IMG/VR virus record: IMGVR_UViG_3300035670_000083
Span: 36,285 to 100,284 of that record
Direction: 5' to 3' (one strand)
Source of the DNA: a virus
Length of the DNA: 64,000 nt
The position numbers and the translations under genes are program-made. The notes under the pieces are model-generated. The model was not told the origin of the DNA, did not search any database, and saw only the letters and a program-made list of their open reading frames with translations. The number at the start of each line of letters is the position of its first letter. The stretch's first letter is position 1. Positions 16,636 through 27,366 of this stretch are shown here, piece by piece.

Positions 16636-17082
16636 TTAAGCTATTTCTTTTTCTAAGGCAAAATTATAAAGTGTTGCCAAGTTAAGATATTTGATAAATC
16701 CTTCTCTTATGTCTTTGAATGTTTTTGATTTTTTTATAATAGAATAAACTAATATTCCAAATTCTTCTTGGAATTTCAAATAACATTCTCCCCAGTTACA
16801 TTTATATTCCTCACCAAATCTCCATTCTTTATCACCACCAGAAAGCCAGTATAACGATTTTGAGGGTTCTATATCATAATAATTTATTTCATCGATTTTA
16901 ATGTTCCATACTGGATCGTTCCAATTTTTCATTTGTAACATTATAGCTATTGCCTCGCCAATATCAGATGTCATTTCATTGCCAATTTCAAAATGATAAC
17001 TATTATATTCTTTACTTATCTTAATCAATTCTGAGTTCCAAACGTTGTTGGGTCTCATCACAGTCACTTTTTTTCTTCTCAT
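16636..17082 (-). CDS. hypothetical protein
   Basis: 148-aa ORF. Confidence 0.7.
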   Translation of the reverse strand: MRRKKVTVMRPNNVWNSELIKISKEYNSYHFEIGNEMTSDIGEAIAIMLQMKNWNDPVWNIKIDEINYYDIEPSKSLYWLSGGDKEWRFGEEYKCNWGECYLKFQEEFGILVYSIIKKSKTFKDIREGFIKYLNLATLYNFALEKEIA

Positions 17083-17093
17083 TTTTGTTTTGA

Positions 17094-17399
17094 TTAATTT
17101 TTATATCCTTCAGATTGTAGATTTATACCGGAGTACCATTTACCCTTGAAAACTCCGTTTTCAAATATTCCATTTATAAAATTTCCGTAAAATGATCCAC
17201 CTTTAAATATTCCATAGTGCCAGTCTCCGGTGAAATAATTACCAGAGTGCCAAATTAAAGTATTATTCTTAATCTCGATATTGGCTTCTTCAAATTCTGA
17301 ATCTATAAGCCAGTAGAGCTTAAACTCTTTTAAAATAGAGTTTATTTGTTTTTCCGATTTGATTGATTTATTATCAATTATTAGTTGAGTGAATCTCAT
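17094..17399 (-). CDS. hypothetical protein with GxF/GxW pentapeptide-like repeats
   Basis: GNYFTGDWHYGIFKGGSFYGNFINGIFENGVFKGKW. Confidence 0.7.
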   Translation of the reverse strand: MRFTQLIIDNKSIKSEKQINSILKEFKLYWLIDSEFEEANIEIKNNTLIWHSGNYFTGDWHYGIFKGGSFYGNFINGIFENGVFKGKWYSGINLQSEGYKN

Positions 17400-17478
17400 A
17401 GTTAGAACATAAATTCTTGTTTTTATATATTAAAACATGATTTTCAGAATACTTCTGATATGGATTTTTTAGGAAAAT

Positions 17479-17508
17479 AAAAAAACCCGACTAAATTTAG
17501 TCGGGTTT
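17479..17508 (-). terminator. intrinsic terminator
   Basis: AAACCCGACTAAATTTAGTCGGGTTT. Confidence 0.75.
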
Positions 17509-17527
17509 GTATTTACTTTAATCTACA

Positions 17528-17902
17528 TTAGAATTTGTGAAGGTATTCAAACTCTTCCATGGTAAGTGAGTTTCTACCGTATTTTGAAACTTTTTCTAAG
17601 ATTGAATCAAGTTCTAAAACAACTGGAAGTTCCAATTCTTCCATACCTTCTATCATCTCAAAGAAACTTGGATCATCGCCAATTCTGAATTCGCCTTCAA
17701 TCTCAATATCATCAATAAATACTTTATCATTTTTATTGATTCTCAAAAACTCAATAAGATTTTTATCATCACCTTCGGCAAAAACTACAACTTTATCTCC
17801 ATTCATTTTACAATCATTTAAGAGACTTAGTGGTATTTTATATTCAGAGAAAATAAATTCAAGTTGAATGAGTGGTTTAGTCAAGTCTATTTTGAATCGC
17901 AT
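17528..17902 (-). CDS. hypothetical protein (early-type promoter)
   Basis: C-terminal LDSILEKVSKYGRNSLT..E; TATATTTG at 17931-17924 on minus strand. Confidence 0.7.
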   Translation of the reverse strand: MRFKIDLTKPLIQLEFIFSEYKIPLSLLNDCKMNGDKVVVFAEGDDKNLIEFLRINKNDKVFIDDIEIEGEFRIGDDPSFFEMIEGMEELELPVVLELDSILEKVSKYGRNSLTMEEFEYLHKF

Positions 17903-17994
17903 TGTCTTAGTTTGTTTGTTTTACAAATATAATAATTTTTTATCAAAAAAAGAAATTTAATTTTAATATATAAAAAAAATTAAATTGTTTCCTA

Positions 17995-20457
17995 ATGCGA
18001 AAAATACTAACAAGAAATCAGTTTTTAGATACTGTAAGAACGCAATCATATACAAAATATACTGGAATTGGTAAAACAAATGAAGCTTTTGCTAATGATG
18101 TGAATTGGGGAGATTCTTGGGTTGGTATATTAATCAGTTCTTTGAATAGAAAAGTTAAAACCAAAAGAAATCTTAAAAAGATGGATGGTGTTATAAAATT
18201 GATAAAAGAGAAATTTGATGAATTGGTAGATTTGTGTAAGATAGAAGTTGACGAGATTACTGAAGCAGTTACAATAACAGCATATTATCTAGATGAACTT
18301 GAAAGATCTATCATTAATAAGATGGAGGTTTCTGAGATTATTATAATTTGTAATCGTCTTATCACATTTATTAATGATTCTGATATTTTTACTGATAAGG
18401 ATTATCTTTTGAAGCCAATAAATAATTTCCTTAATTTTTTGAAGACTATCAAAGTTTCTGACTCTGATGACTCTAATGATGACTCTGATGTTGCTTCTGA
18501 TGATGACTCAGAAAAATCTACAGTCAACCCAGAAGATGATAAATTGATCAATGAGATACTTGCTCTTGATGTTGCTAAGAAAAATCCTTTACAATTAAAG
18601 CCTTATGTTGAAAAGGTAAAAAACTCGATTCAGATAGTTGAAGATCGATTAAAATCACCATCAAAGGTTAAAAGTGGTGTCGATGAAAAAGAGATATCAA
18701 AGATTTTTAATGAGATTATTAAATTAGTTCATCCAGATACTAAACATCCTTTATTTCCAGAAGAAAAATCAACAGATTTTAAAGTAAAGGCTGATGAATT
18801 TAAGAAAAAATATGACTTAGAAAACTTGAAAAATCTTCTTATACAAGTTAAATTGATAATCAAACAAATTGAGATTTATAATAAATTAAAAGAAGGTGAT
18901 AAAAAAGCAATCCAAAGTGAGTTTGATAAAAAAGTTGAATCTATTTACCAAGAATTAGTTAAAAAAGAGAAAGAAAAACAAAAAAAGGCAGGTAAAAATA
19001 CCAATCTAGGTGAGGGAACAAGAAAAAGATTACGTAGAGATGCTGAAGAAATGGCTAGAAAGAAAGAATTAGTTAGCTCTAATGAATCTAAAATATCAAA
19101 TTACTTAGATTTTATTATTGAAAAAGACTTGGTTCCTTATAAGAAGTCAGAAATTGTTAAATCCGAAGGATCTGATAAATCAGACGATTCAAGTGATAAA
19201 TCAGGAAAAGCAGAAAAGAATAAAACCGAAAAAACAGATATTTATGTAGAAATTGATGCTAAATTTAATGAATTTTTCACAGATGAAATAAGATCCAAAT
19301 TTGAAGTTGACGAGGAAACTGGCGAATATATTAAGAAGCAAGGTAAAGTAACTGAAAGTTTCACACTTACTAATGAGAATCAGATAATTGAATTGGTGAG
19401 GTTATTTATGAGAGCTTGGAGAATTCATACACCAGGTAGAATACCATCGGGTAGAACAGGTGGTAAGGTTGCTGGAAGAGTTTTCGACCAATATGAGTAT
19501 GTGGGTAAAGGTAATGAGGGTACTCCAGATGCTCCAGGTCCGGGACCATATAGGAATATTGAAATATATCAAAAATTTGAAACAGCTATGTTTGATATAA
19601 TGGCTGATACAAAATATACATCAACAATTTTTAGTGATGATGCTAAGTTTTATTTCAGTGAAGACAAAAAATCTCCAATAAAATTGTCAGAAGTTACTGT
19701 TGAGAAATTAGGAAGTCGTGGATATAATTCAGAGGATTATATGAAGGCGGCTAAACCTCTAGGTAAGATATTATTAAGGTTTATTAGAAATATGATTGAC
19801 AATCCACAAATGTATAGGGAAGGTTCCATTGGTAAGTTTTTGAATGAGTATTTTGGCATTGGTGGTGATATGAAGGAATCTGAATTACAATTTAAAGGAT
19901 TTGATGATGTTGATAAAAATGCTGAAACAACTGGAAATCAGAGAGATAAGATGAGAGCAAAGTTTGTCAAAATTAATGATCAAGAAGAATATAAATCAAT
20001 AGAAGAAAAAGTCAGAAACGAAAAGGATAAGAATTTTTTATTGAAATTAAAATTCAAAGGAGAGAAAAAAAATACTTACTTGCTTTATTTAGGTTTTTTT
20101 AATAAGAACTATTACTTCTTTAAGACACAAAGTAACGAGATACTTGATAAAAATGGAAGTAGTATTGATATTGAAAAACTACCTTTTGAAAAATTAAATA
20201 CTATTTATATTATCGAAACTGAAGATATTAAAGAATTGAAGAGTCGGGGTAATTTTAAATTTAAACAATCTGGTAATCTTAAAGATAAAGATTCTCTTGA
20301 CAATTTCAAATTTGAAGATTATCAAATAGAAGGTAATAAACCATTCATAGAACAGGATATAGAGATATTAGTGGGATTTAAAGATGAAGAGCCGCTTAAT
20401 GATATAAGTTTTGGTAAACAATACAATTCTATTTTTGAAAAAAAGGTTAAAAAATAA
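17995..20457 (+). CDS. large late protein with J-domain-like HPD segment
   Basis: 820 aa; FNEIIKLVHPDTK; late promoter at ~17964. Confidence 0.7.
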   Translation: MRKILTRNQFLDTVRTQSYTKYTGIGKTNEAFANDVNWGDSWVGILISSLNRKVKTKRNLKKMDGVIKLIKEKFDELVDLCKIEVDEITEAVTITAYYLDELERSIINKMEVSEIIIICNRLITFINDSDIFTDKDYLLKPINNFLNFLKTIKVSDSDDSNDDSDVASDDDSEKSTVNPEDDKLINEILALDVAKKNPLQLKPYVEKVKNSIQIVEDRLKSPSKVKSGVDEKEISKIFNEIIKLVHPDTKHPLFPEEKSTDFKVKADEFKKKYDLENLKNLLIQVKLIIKQIEIYNKLKEGDKKAIQSEFDKKVESIYQELVKKEKEKQKKAGKNTNLGEGTRKRLRRDAEEMARKKELVSSNESKISNYLDFIIEKDLVPYKKSEIVKSEGSDKSDDSSDKSGKAEKNKTEKTDIYVEIDAKFNEFFTDEIRSKFEVDEETGEYIKKQGKVTESFTLTNENQIIELVRLFMRAWRIHTPGRIPSGRTGGKVAGRVFDQYEYVGKGNEGTPDAPGPGPYRNIEIYQKFETAMFDIMADTKYTSTIFSDDAKFYFSEDKKSPIKLSEVTVEKLGSRGYNSEDYMKAAKPLGKILLRFIRNMIDNPQMYREGSIGKFLNEYFGIGGDMKESELQFKGFDDVDKNAETTGNQRDKMRAKFVKINDQEEYKSIEEKVRNEKDKNFLLKLKFKGEKKNTYLLYLGFFNKNYYFFKTQSNEILDKNGSSIDIEKLPFEKLNTIYIIETEDIKELKSRGNFKFKQSGNLKDKDSLDNFKFEDYQIEGNKPFIEQDIEILVGFKDEEPLNDISFGKQYNSIFEKKVKK

Positions 20458-20468
20458 TAATATATTAA

Positions 20469-21866
20469 ATGTCTGATATTAAAAAAATAAATGAATTTTT
20501 CAGCAAAAACTACGAATTTGATAAGAGAGCTAAAGAAGTTTTTCAGAAATTGATAAAATCTATAGATTCTTTAGATGTTATTAAATATGGTGATCATAAA
20601 AGAGAAGTTTCTGTGAATGGTTCTAATCCTAAATCAAAATCTGATCCAACTCCTAAGCCAAATCCTGATCCCGAACCAAATCCATTACCTGTATCTCCAA
20701 AGCCATTGCCACCTGGACCTGTGACTCCAAAGCCATTGCCACCTGGACCTGTACCTCCAAAGCCATTGCCACCTGGACCTGTACCTCCAAAGCCATTGCC
20801 ACCTGGACCTGTACCTCCAAAGCCATTGCCACCTGGACCTGTGCCTCCAAAGCCTTCACCATTTGAAGAGATAAAGAATTTCAATAGAAATGGGCAAATA
20901 GCTTATGTTCTATCAAAATTTGGTGATGATTGGGATATAACTAAATATACAAAAAAGAAAATTCCACCTCGTGGTAAGTTCAGTGATAATTATATTAAGA
21001 AAATAATTTCTGATAAAGAAACTAGTAAAGATTTAAGAGATTTATTGAAAATCATTTTATATTTTAGAAAAAGTGATTCTAAACAAGATAGATTTTTGAG
21101 ATTCATTGAAAGTCAATTTGAAGGAATCGAATTCGGAAAAAGAGTTAAGGCAATATCAACAAGACCTGCAGTTGATACTGCAGCACCTATAGGTGATAGT
21201 TTTAAATATAATGAATATGAACTTTTAAATGAAAATAATAAAGAGACGTTTAATAAATTTTTAGAAAATCATCCAATAAGTGAAAAGATTTTAAATAAAA
21301 ACAAAATCTTAATTTTAGGACTTATTTCATCTATGTATAGATCAAAGAAAAATCCTAACTATTCTATAGAAATAAAAGGTTTGGATAAAGAAAGTCTTGA
21401 TAAGGTTGAGCGTTTTGCTTTTTCTGATTTAAGTCGTAAAAATTATATCTTTCTTGATGAATCTAAAGTATTCAAATTCTCACAATTTAACGAAAAAATA
21501 GATAGTAAATTTAGAGATAGGGTAGGGACTAAAAAAACAAAAATAGTAAATACCACAAAAAAGGTAATAGATAGCACTATTAAAGATAATGAAACTCAAG
21601 TAGTTGTTCATAAAAACAAAGGTGGTGGAAGAGATTGGAGATTATTCAATGGATCAAGTGATAATTATGTTCTGGTAATAAATGGTGAGCACATGATTGA
21701 CGGTGAAGGTAATCCGAAAGTAAATCCTAAAATAACTAAGGTTTTCTGGGAATTTTTAGATTCTTTAAAAGATATTCAATACTCTTATAAAAAGAAAAAC
21801 TTGAGTGATAAAGAGTATAAGGATAAACTAAATCAATTGAAAACCTCATTCCAGAACAAAATTTAG
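20469..21866 (+). CDS. hypothetical protein with Pro-rich repeat
   Basis: MSDIKKINEF; PKPLPPGPVP x5. Confidence 0.75.
   Translation: MSDIKKINEFFSKNYEFDKRAKEVFQKLIKSIDSLDVIKYGDHKREVSVNGSNPKSKSDPTPKPNPDPEPNPLPVSPKPLPPGPVTPKPLPPGPVPPKPLPPGPVPPKPLPPGPVPPKPLPPGPVPPKPSPFEEIKNFNRNGQIAYVLSKFGDDWDITKYTKKKIPPRGKFSDNYIKKIISDKETSKDLRDLLKIILYFRKSDSKQDRFLRFIESQFEGIEFGKRVKAISTRPAVDTAAPIGDSFKYNEYELLNENNKETFNKFLENHPISEKILNKNKILILGLISSMYRSKKNPNYSIEIKGLDKESLDKVERFAFSDLSRKNYIFLDESKVFKFSQFNEKIDSKFRDRVGTKKTKIVNTTKKVIDSTIKDNETQVVVHKNKGGGRDWRLFNGSSDNYVLVINGEHMIDGEGNPKVNPKITKVFWEFLDSLKDIQYSYKKKNLSDKEYKDKLNQLKTSFQNKI
20696..20853 (+). repeat. 30-bp coding tandem repeat (~5 copies)
   Basis: CTCCAAAGCCATTGCCACCTGGACCTGTAC units. 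Confidence 0.95.
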
Positions 21867-21890
21867 GATGTAAAATTTTATATATAGAGT

Positions 21891-22496
21891 ATGAAATGGT
21901 TAAAGAAATACTCTATTTTCTTAGAACAAGATGAAACTTCTGATGATATCAATTCAACAGAAGAAACTTCTTTGATAGATGATAATGACAAAACAAATCA
22001 AGAATCGTTAGATCTCATTCAAAAAGATTTATCAGAATTTGGATCAAAAAAAGGAGTTGTTGAGGATATTTTATCTGATATGGAGAAGAATGATTCTCAA
22101 ATTGATTCTGAATTACAACAAAAGGTTTTTAACAATCAAAGAGAAGATTCTAAAAGAAATAAGTATCTAAGAATGTTAGTATCTCTTCATAAATTAAAAA
22201 GAAGAACAGATAAACTTGCTTTAGCTATTGAAACTGATGTAGAAAAAAAGTCAGAAGTTCAAAAGCAAATCTCAGATCTTATAGAAAGATTCAATCAATT
22301 AGAAAATCCATCTCAGAAAGTCAAAGTTGATTCACAGAGAAAGAAATCAGAAGAATATCTGAAGGAATTGAATCTGAAAATCAATGATAATAAAAAGGAA
22401 TTGGCTTTATCAGAAAAGAACTATGATAAGAAAAAAGAAGATTTTGAGAAACAAATGAAAATAGAAGAGGAAAAGATAAAATCATTACAAAAATAG
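21891..22496 (+). CDS. coiled-coil protein with capsid-targeting-like N-terminus
   Basis: MKWLKKYSIFLE. Confidence 0.75.
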   Translation: MKWLKKYSIFLEQDETSDDINSTEETSLIDDNDKTNQESLDLIQKDLSEFGSKKGVVEDILSDMEKNDSQIDSELQQKVFNNQREDSKRNKYLRMLVSLHKLKRRTDKLALAIETDVEKKSEVQKQISDLIERFNQLENPSQKVKVDSQRKKSEEYLKELNLKINDNKKELALSEKNYDKKKEDFEKQMKIEEEKIKSLQK

Positions 22497-22554
22497 AAAA
22501 ATATGGTTTTTTTCTTTTTATATATACCAATAAATAAAAAATAATTATAAGAAT

Positions 22555-25500
22555 ATGGCAATTCAAATCGGTAAATACAAAAGACCAGGCATCTTTATTG
22601 AAGAGTTTGATCAATCAGTGATTTCAAGCCCTACAGTTGAAGGAATAACAAATACTGTAATTGGTGTTTCGAGAAAAGGACCAGTTAATACTCCAATTCG
22701 TTTAACTAATGTTGCGGATTTAGAAAGAGTATTTGGACAACTTGATAGACAATTGGAAAGAAAGGGTTCTTTCTTCCATAGAACAATATCTAAAATGTTG
22801 GAAGCATCTCCAGTTTTCGCAATCAATTTACTTCTAACTGATGATACTTTGGATACTATTGAGTATCAATCATTATCTTGTGCTACTACAGAACAAAACG
22901 ATATTGAAAGAGAAGGACCTTATAGAAGATTTTTCGATACTACAGGTTTCTGGAGAAGAGATACTGAATCTTTTATAAATCTAACAAAAAATAACGTTGG
23001 TTATGAAAATAGACTATTGAATTTTACAAACTTATCTGATAAGTATGTTACTATTTTTGTTTTCAAATCTGAAAGAACTGGATTCGATATCTCTTTATTG
23101 GATTGGTATGGTGCTCAAGAAAAAGTACCTCCATATGTAAATCCAAAGGATTTAGCATCTGATTATTTAGTTGATGTTGTTGTTATTGCCGGTGATTATT
23201 CTGATTATAGAAATCTTTCTGTAGATCCAAGATTTTCACAATATTTCTCACCAAGTGGTCTTAGAAAAGATCAAGTTAGAAATTTCTCTAATGATAGAAA
23301 TGTTACAACATTGGCTTACGCTGAAGGACTCTCATTGATTCCTTATTTCAGAGATTTGAATGGTAATAATATTTTTATTGAAACTGTTATTAATAGAGGA
23401 ACTGATCAACACGGTGTATTCTGTGCTTTCAACGTTGATTTATTTGAGACTGATTATCCAAATGGATTAGTTGATTTAATTGGTAATAACTTTGTTGGAG
23501 ATGATTTGACAGCAAATCCACCAACATCAGGATTTACTAACTACGGAGAACTTGATTCAAATGATGGTACTTCAGATGGTGAGGTTAAAATCAACTTCCT
23601 TTCTTATAATGAGACTATTACTGAAAGTAATCCTTTCCAAACAACAGTATTGGATAGACCAGGTAATGTTATGGCTTTGTTTAGTGGTACTTCATCAAAT
23701 CCAAGTTCTATAAGTACACATACATTGAATCCAAACAGTGGTTCATTAGGTGGATATTTACAAGGTTATCCAAAAGATGTTGCTGGTAAATATGAAAGAA
23801 CTTATTGGTTTAATGAAGATTATGTTAATGATGTTTATGTTTCTTCTACGGCATCTACTGGACAAACTATATCAGTAACTTATGATGTTGCTACTGATAA
23901 TGGATACGTTGTTATAGGTGGTGAATATGTTTCTATAACTGACACATCTTCACAAGGAGGTTTGAATGGTCAGATTGATTTAGTTTCAACTTACTATTCA
24001 TCTTCATTGACAGTTACTCAATCTTATGTAGCTGCTTTTGTTGTTGATTCTAATGGACAGATTAAGTCTGTTCAGACAACTACACCAGGTGTAAATCCAC
24101 TTGTAAACGCTACTGATGTTGTTTTAGGATATGCTACATTCAGTTGTTTTGCTGGAACTTTCTCTGGTGTTAACTTCGTTCCAGTTTCTATTGATTTTGA
24201 TACAACTTTGAGTAGTGGTGGTGATTCTGCTTATTTACCTTTGGTATATGGAGTAGGTGGTGACTACTATTACACTGTTAATGGTTCACAATCATTGACT
24301 GTAACCTTTGATGATACAAATCAATCAATATCACCAAGAGATTATGAAAGATATAGAAGGTTAAAGACATTCAATCATATGGTAGATTATTTATCTTCTG
24401 ATACAGGAGTTTTACTTTTAGATCCAAATGGTTTATTGGGAGGTGAACAAGAAAAATTAGATTTATCTTTTGTTGAGATAGATAACATAATTAATACTAA
24501 TACACAAAATAGATCATTTGATTTATTGGTTGATGTTCCAGTGACAAATCCATCTACAAATACAGTTGTTGAGGATAATTACGTTGATAATTATTTTGCA
24601 ACAAACTCTGATGTAATCACATTAGCGACTGCTTCTATACCACTTGTTATATATAAGGTAGATGATGAATTCATTCTTGGTAAAGAAAGTGCTATCACTA
24701 AATCTACTCCTGCTGGATTAACTCAAGGAGTAGTTGCAAGGTACTCTACAATGTACCAAAGATACGAACAAGGTTTAATAAACAGCACTGATGTTATTTA
24801 TCAAAAGGTTAATTACTCACCAGTTCAAGTACAATTCATTGCTGGTGAATCTGTAACTGCTTCTCTATCAGGATATGATTATATCGTATTCGGTGTAAAT
24901 CAAAACGAAGAAGATTACTTAGGAAATCCTAGAACTGATATAATAAATCAGAATGATGCTTTCTTTACTGATGTAAATGATTTGTCTGGATATAAATTCT
25001 TATTATCAACTCCTGATAATAGTGGTGTATTCACTTACAAATCAGATGAAGGTTTAAATACAACAATTAATACACTGTTGACTTTACCAGCACCATACAA
25101 CGGATTTGGAAATAACTATACATCAGAACAAAGAGCGGATTTATTAGACACTTTATCTGGACAAGCTTTTGGATTCAGTGCTTCAGCTACTTACTCTTAT
25201 TACGCCTTTGAGGTGAATGAGAATATCACAGAAGAATTTGTAAATGCTGTTAATAACATATTCTCTTATAATTCAAACTTAGCCGATGCTCCAATTTACT
25301 TGGATATGCACTTAGATAATGAATTAAATATGGTTGTTACTTTTGAAGATAATCTTTTACAATCTTCAGTGCCATTTGATAGTGTAGTGACATCTACTAC
25401 TCCAGAACCACTATGGGCAAACTCAACAATAGTAGTTAAATCTTTGGATTCTAATTACAGACAATCTGTTGAAGTTGAATACCCTGCAAACTGGACTCCA

Positions 25501-26808
25501 GAGCCTAATAAGATTCTTGTAAGAGCTAGTAGATATACAGAATTGAGTGTAGGTGATTATTTAGAAGCATTCTATGATGAGTCATCACTTCAACCAAATG
25601 AAATGCCAAGAAAGCTTACAAGAGTTCTTAGAAAAAGACTTTGGAGTGGAGATTCTACTCTAGCTGAAATAACTTGTGATGCAGAAATCAAAATATCTGA
25701 CTTCGGATCAGGTGATAAGCAAACATTTATGTACACTCAACTTGATGACTATGTTTCTACTTATAAAGCTATTAGTTTGAAAGGATTTAGAATAAGACAA
25801 GATTCTTTACCAGATGGTACAGAAACTAAACAATCACAGATTCTTGATTTAGTTGCTAAGGGAACTCCACTTTTCAAAGCAGCTACAAACAAAGAAGCTT
25901 TTGATTTCAGATACTTGATAGATTCATTCGGATTAGGATTGACTGAAAGAAGTAAGCAACAATTAGTTGATATTTGTGGAGAAAGATTGGATTGTTTCGG
26001 TATATTGAATATGCCATCAATGAGATCATTCAAGAATTCTTCATCTCCATCATTTGTTAATAATGAAGGAGTTCTACAAACATCATTTATAGCATCAGGT
26101 GGTGATCCTAATTCATCTCCAGCTTTCCTTTACTCTTTAGGTGATGGAAGAGGTGTTTCCTCAGTTGGTTATTTCACACCATACTTGACTGTAAATGACA
26201 ATGGAAGACCTATTGATGTTCCACCATCAGCTTATGTTGGATTGACTTATATGAGAAAACATAACTCAACAGTTACTAATATTGTTCCTTGGACAATTGC
26301 GGCTGGTGTTACAAATGGTAGAATTACTAATATCGCAGGACTTGAACAGGATTTCAATCCTGAAGATATTGAGAACTTTAATCAGGCTCAAATGAATCCA
26401 ATTGTATTCAAGAGAAATAGAGGATTCACAATTGAAACTGAGAATACAGCTCAAACTCTATATTCATCAGCACTTTCTTTCATTCACGTTAGAGAAGTTC
26501 TTATTGAACTTGAAAGAGAGTTGTCTAGAATGTTACTTGATTTCCAATGGAGATTCAATACTCCTGAGGTTAGAGCAGAAATTAAGTTGAGAGCTGATGT
26601 TATCTGTGAGAGATATGTATCAAGAAATGGACTTTATAACTACTTTAACAAGTGTGATGAAGAAAATAACACTAACGAGATAATAGATAATCAAATAGGT
26701 GTACTTGATACTTATGTGGAGCCAATAAAGGGTATGGGTATTATAGTTAACAATATCACTATTCTTAGAACTGGAGCTATTCAAGCAGGTGGATTTATCC
26801 AACAGTAA
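22555..26808 (+). CDS. contractile tail sheath protein (gp18-like) with large insertion
   Basis: RPGIFIEEFD, KGPVNTP, C-terminal VPPS..AGVTNG..NPIV..IHVRE..CDEENN..VEPIKG. Confidence 0.92.
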   Translation: MAIQIGKYKRPGIFIEEFDQSVISSPTVEGITNTVIGVSRKGPVNTPIRLTNVADLERVFGQLDRQLERKGSFFHRTISKMLEASPVFAINLLLTDDTLDTIEYQSLSCATTEQNDIEREGPYRRFFDTTGFWRRDTESFINLTKNNVGYENRLLNFTNLSDKYVTIFVFKSERTGFDISLLDWYGAQEKVPPYVNPKDLASDYLVDVVVIAGDYSDYRNLSVDPRFSQYFSPSGLRKDQVRNFSNDRNVTTLAYAEGLSLIPYFRDLNGNNIFIETVINRGTDQHGVFCAFNVDLFETDYPNGLVDLIGNNFVGDDLTANPPTSGFTNYGELDSNDGTSDGEVKINFLSYNETITESNPFQTTVLDRPGNVMALFSGTSSNPSSISTHTLNPNSGSLGGYLQGYPKDVAGKYERTYWFNEDYVNDVYVSSTASTGQTISVTYDVATDNGYVVIGGEYVSITDTSSQGGLNGQIDLVSTYYSSSLTVTQSYVAAFVVDSNGQIKSVQTTTPGVNPLVNATDVVLGYATFSCFAGTFSGVNFVPVSIDFDTTLSSGGDSAYLPLVYGVGGDYYYTVNGSQSLTVTFDDTNQSISPRDYERYRRLKTFNHMVDYLSSDTGVLLLDPNGLLGGEQEKLDLSFVEIDNIINTNTQNRSFDLLVDVPVTNPSTNTVVEDNYVDNYFATNSDVITLATASIPLVIYKVDDEFILGKESAITKSTPAGLTQGVVARYSTMYQRYEQGLINSTDVIYQKVNYSPVQVQFIAGESVTASLSGYDYIVFGVNQNEEDYLGNPRTDIINQNDAFFTDVNDLSGYKFLLSTPDNSGVFTYKSDEGLNTTINTLLTLPAPYNGFGNNYTSEQRADLLDTLSGQAFGFSASATYSYYAFEVNENITEEFVNAVNNIFSYNSNLADAPIYLDMHLDNELNMVVTFEDNLLQSSVPFDSVVTSTTPEPLWANSTIVVKSLDSNYRQSVEVEYPANWTPEPNKILVRASRYTELSVGDYLEAFYDESSLQPNEMPRKLTRVLRKRLWSGDSTLAEITCDAEIKISDFGSGDKQTFMYTQLDDYVSTYKAISLKGFRIRQDSLPDGTETKQSQILDLVAKGTPLFKAATNKEAFDFRYLIDSFGLGLTERSKQQLVDICGERLDCFGILNMPSMRSFKNSSSPSFVNNEGVLQTSFIASGGDPNSSPAFLYSLGDGRGVSSVGYFTPYLTVNDNGRPIDVPPSAYVGLTYMRKHNSTVTNIVPWTIAAGVTNGRITNIAGLEQDFNPEDIENFNQAQMNPIVFKRNRGFTIETENTAQTLYSSALSFIHVREVLIELERELSRMLLDFQWRFNTPEVRAEIKLRADVICERYVSRNGLYNYFNKCDEENNTNEIIDNQIGVLDTYVEPIKGMGIIVNNITILRTGAIQAGGFIQQ

Positions 26809-26827
26809 TAAGTTATTGAAATAAATT

Positions 26828-26864
26828 AAATCCCTTCAAATTTGATTTGAAGGGATTTTTTTTT
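26828..26864 (+). terminator. intrinsic terminator after sheath
   Basis: AAATCCCTTCAAAT-TTG-ATTTGAAGGGATTT plus T run. Confidence 0.85.
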
Positions 26865-26953
26865 CAAACATATATCGGTATATTTAATATAGGGATCTGG
26901 TAATAAAAAAATGGTTTTTTTTTTAATATATAACAAAAAGATAATTTAAAATT

Positions 26954-27334
26954 ATGAAACATTTAAGAAAATTCAATGAAGGTTTTATGGACATCTTTAA
27001 GAAAAAGAAAAAAGAAGAAGATCCTAAAGAAAATTTGGAAAAAATAAGAGTTACTGATTGTGATTTTTGGGCAGAAAAAGGTCGATCCGAAGATACCTAC
27101 TATATCTATCATGGTTGGGGATTTGGTGCTAAGCCAATGGGATATGTTAAAGAAATTGATGGAAACTTAATTCTTAATATGAGAGATTATTTTGGAAATG
27201 GTATAAATAAAGTAAAAGTTAAAAGTGTGGAGCAAGCTCTTAAATACTTGGATAAATTAAACAAAGAGAAGAAACAAAAATATAGAGAGGAAGAAAAAAG
27301 ATTTGATAAGGATATATCAGATGAAGAACTTTAG
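26954..27334 (+). CDS. hypothetical with capsid-targeting-like N-terminus
   Basis: MKHLRKFNEGFMDIFKKKK. Confidence 0.75.
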   Translation: MKHLRKFNEGFMDIFKKKKKEEDPKENLEKIRVTDCDFWAEKGRSEDTYYIYHGWGFGAKPMGYVKEIDGNLILNMRDYFGNGINKVKVKSVEQALKYLDKLNKEKKQKYREEEKRFDKDISDEEL

Positions 27335-27363
27335 AAAAAACCTCCCTTTAAGGGAGGTTTTTT
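27335..27363. terminator. bidirectional terminator between convergent genes
   Basis: AAAAAACCTCCCTTTAAGGGAGGTTTTTT. Confidence 0.85.
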
Positions 27364-27366
27364 ATT

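Noticed and set aside
20594-20884. Minus-strand Gly-rich ORFs
   Set aside because: Antisense shadows of the Pro repeat.
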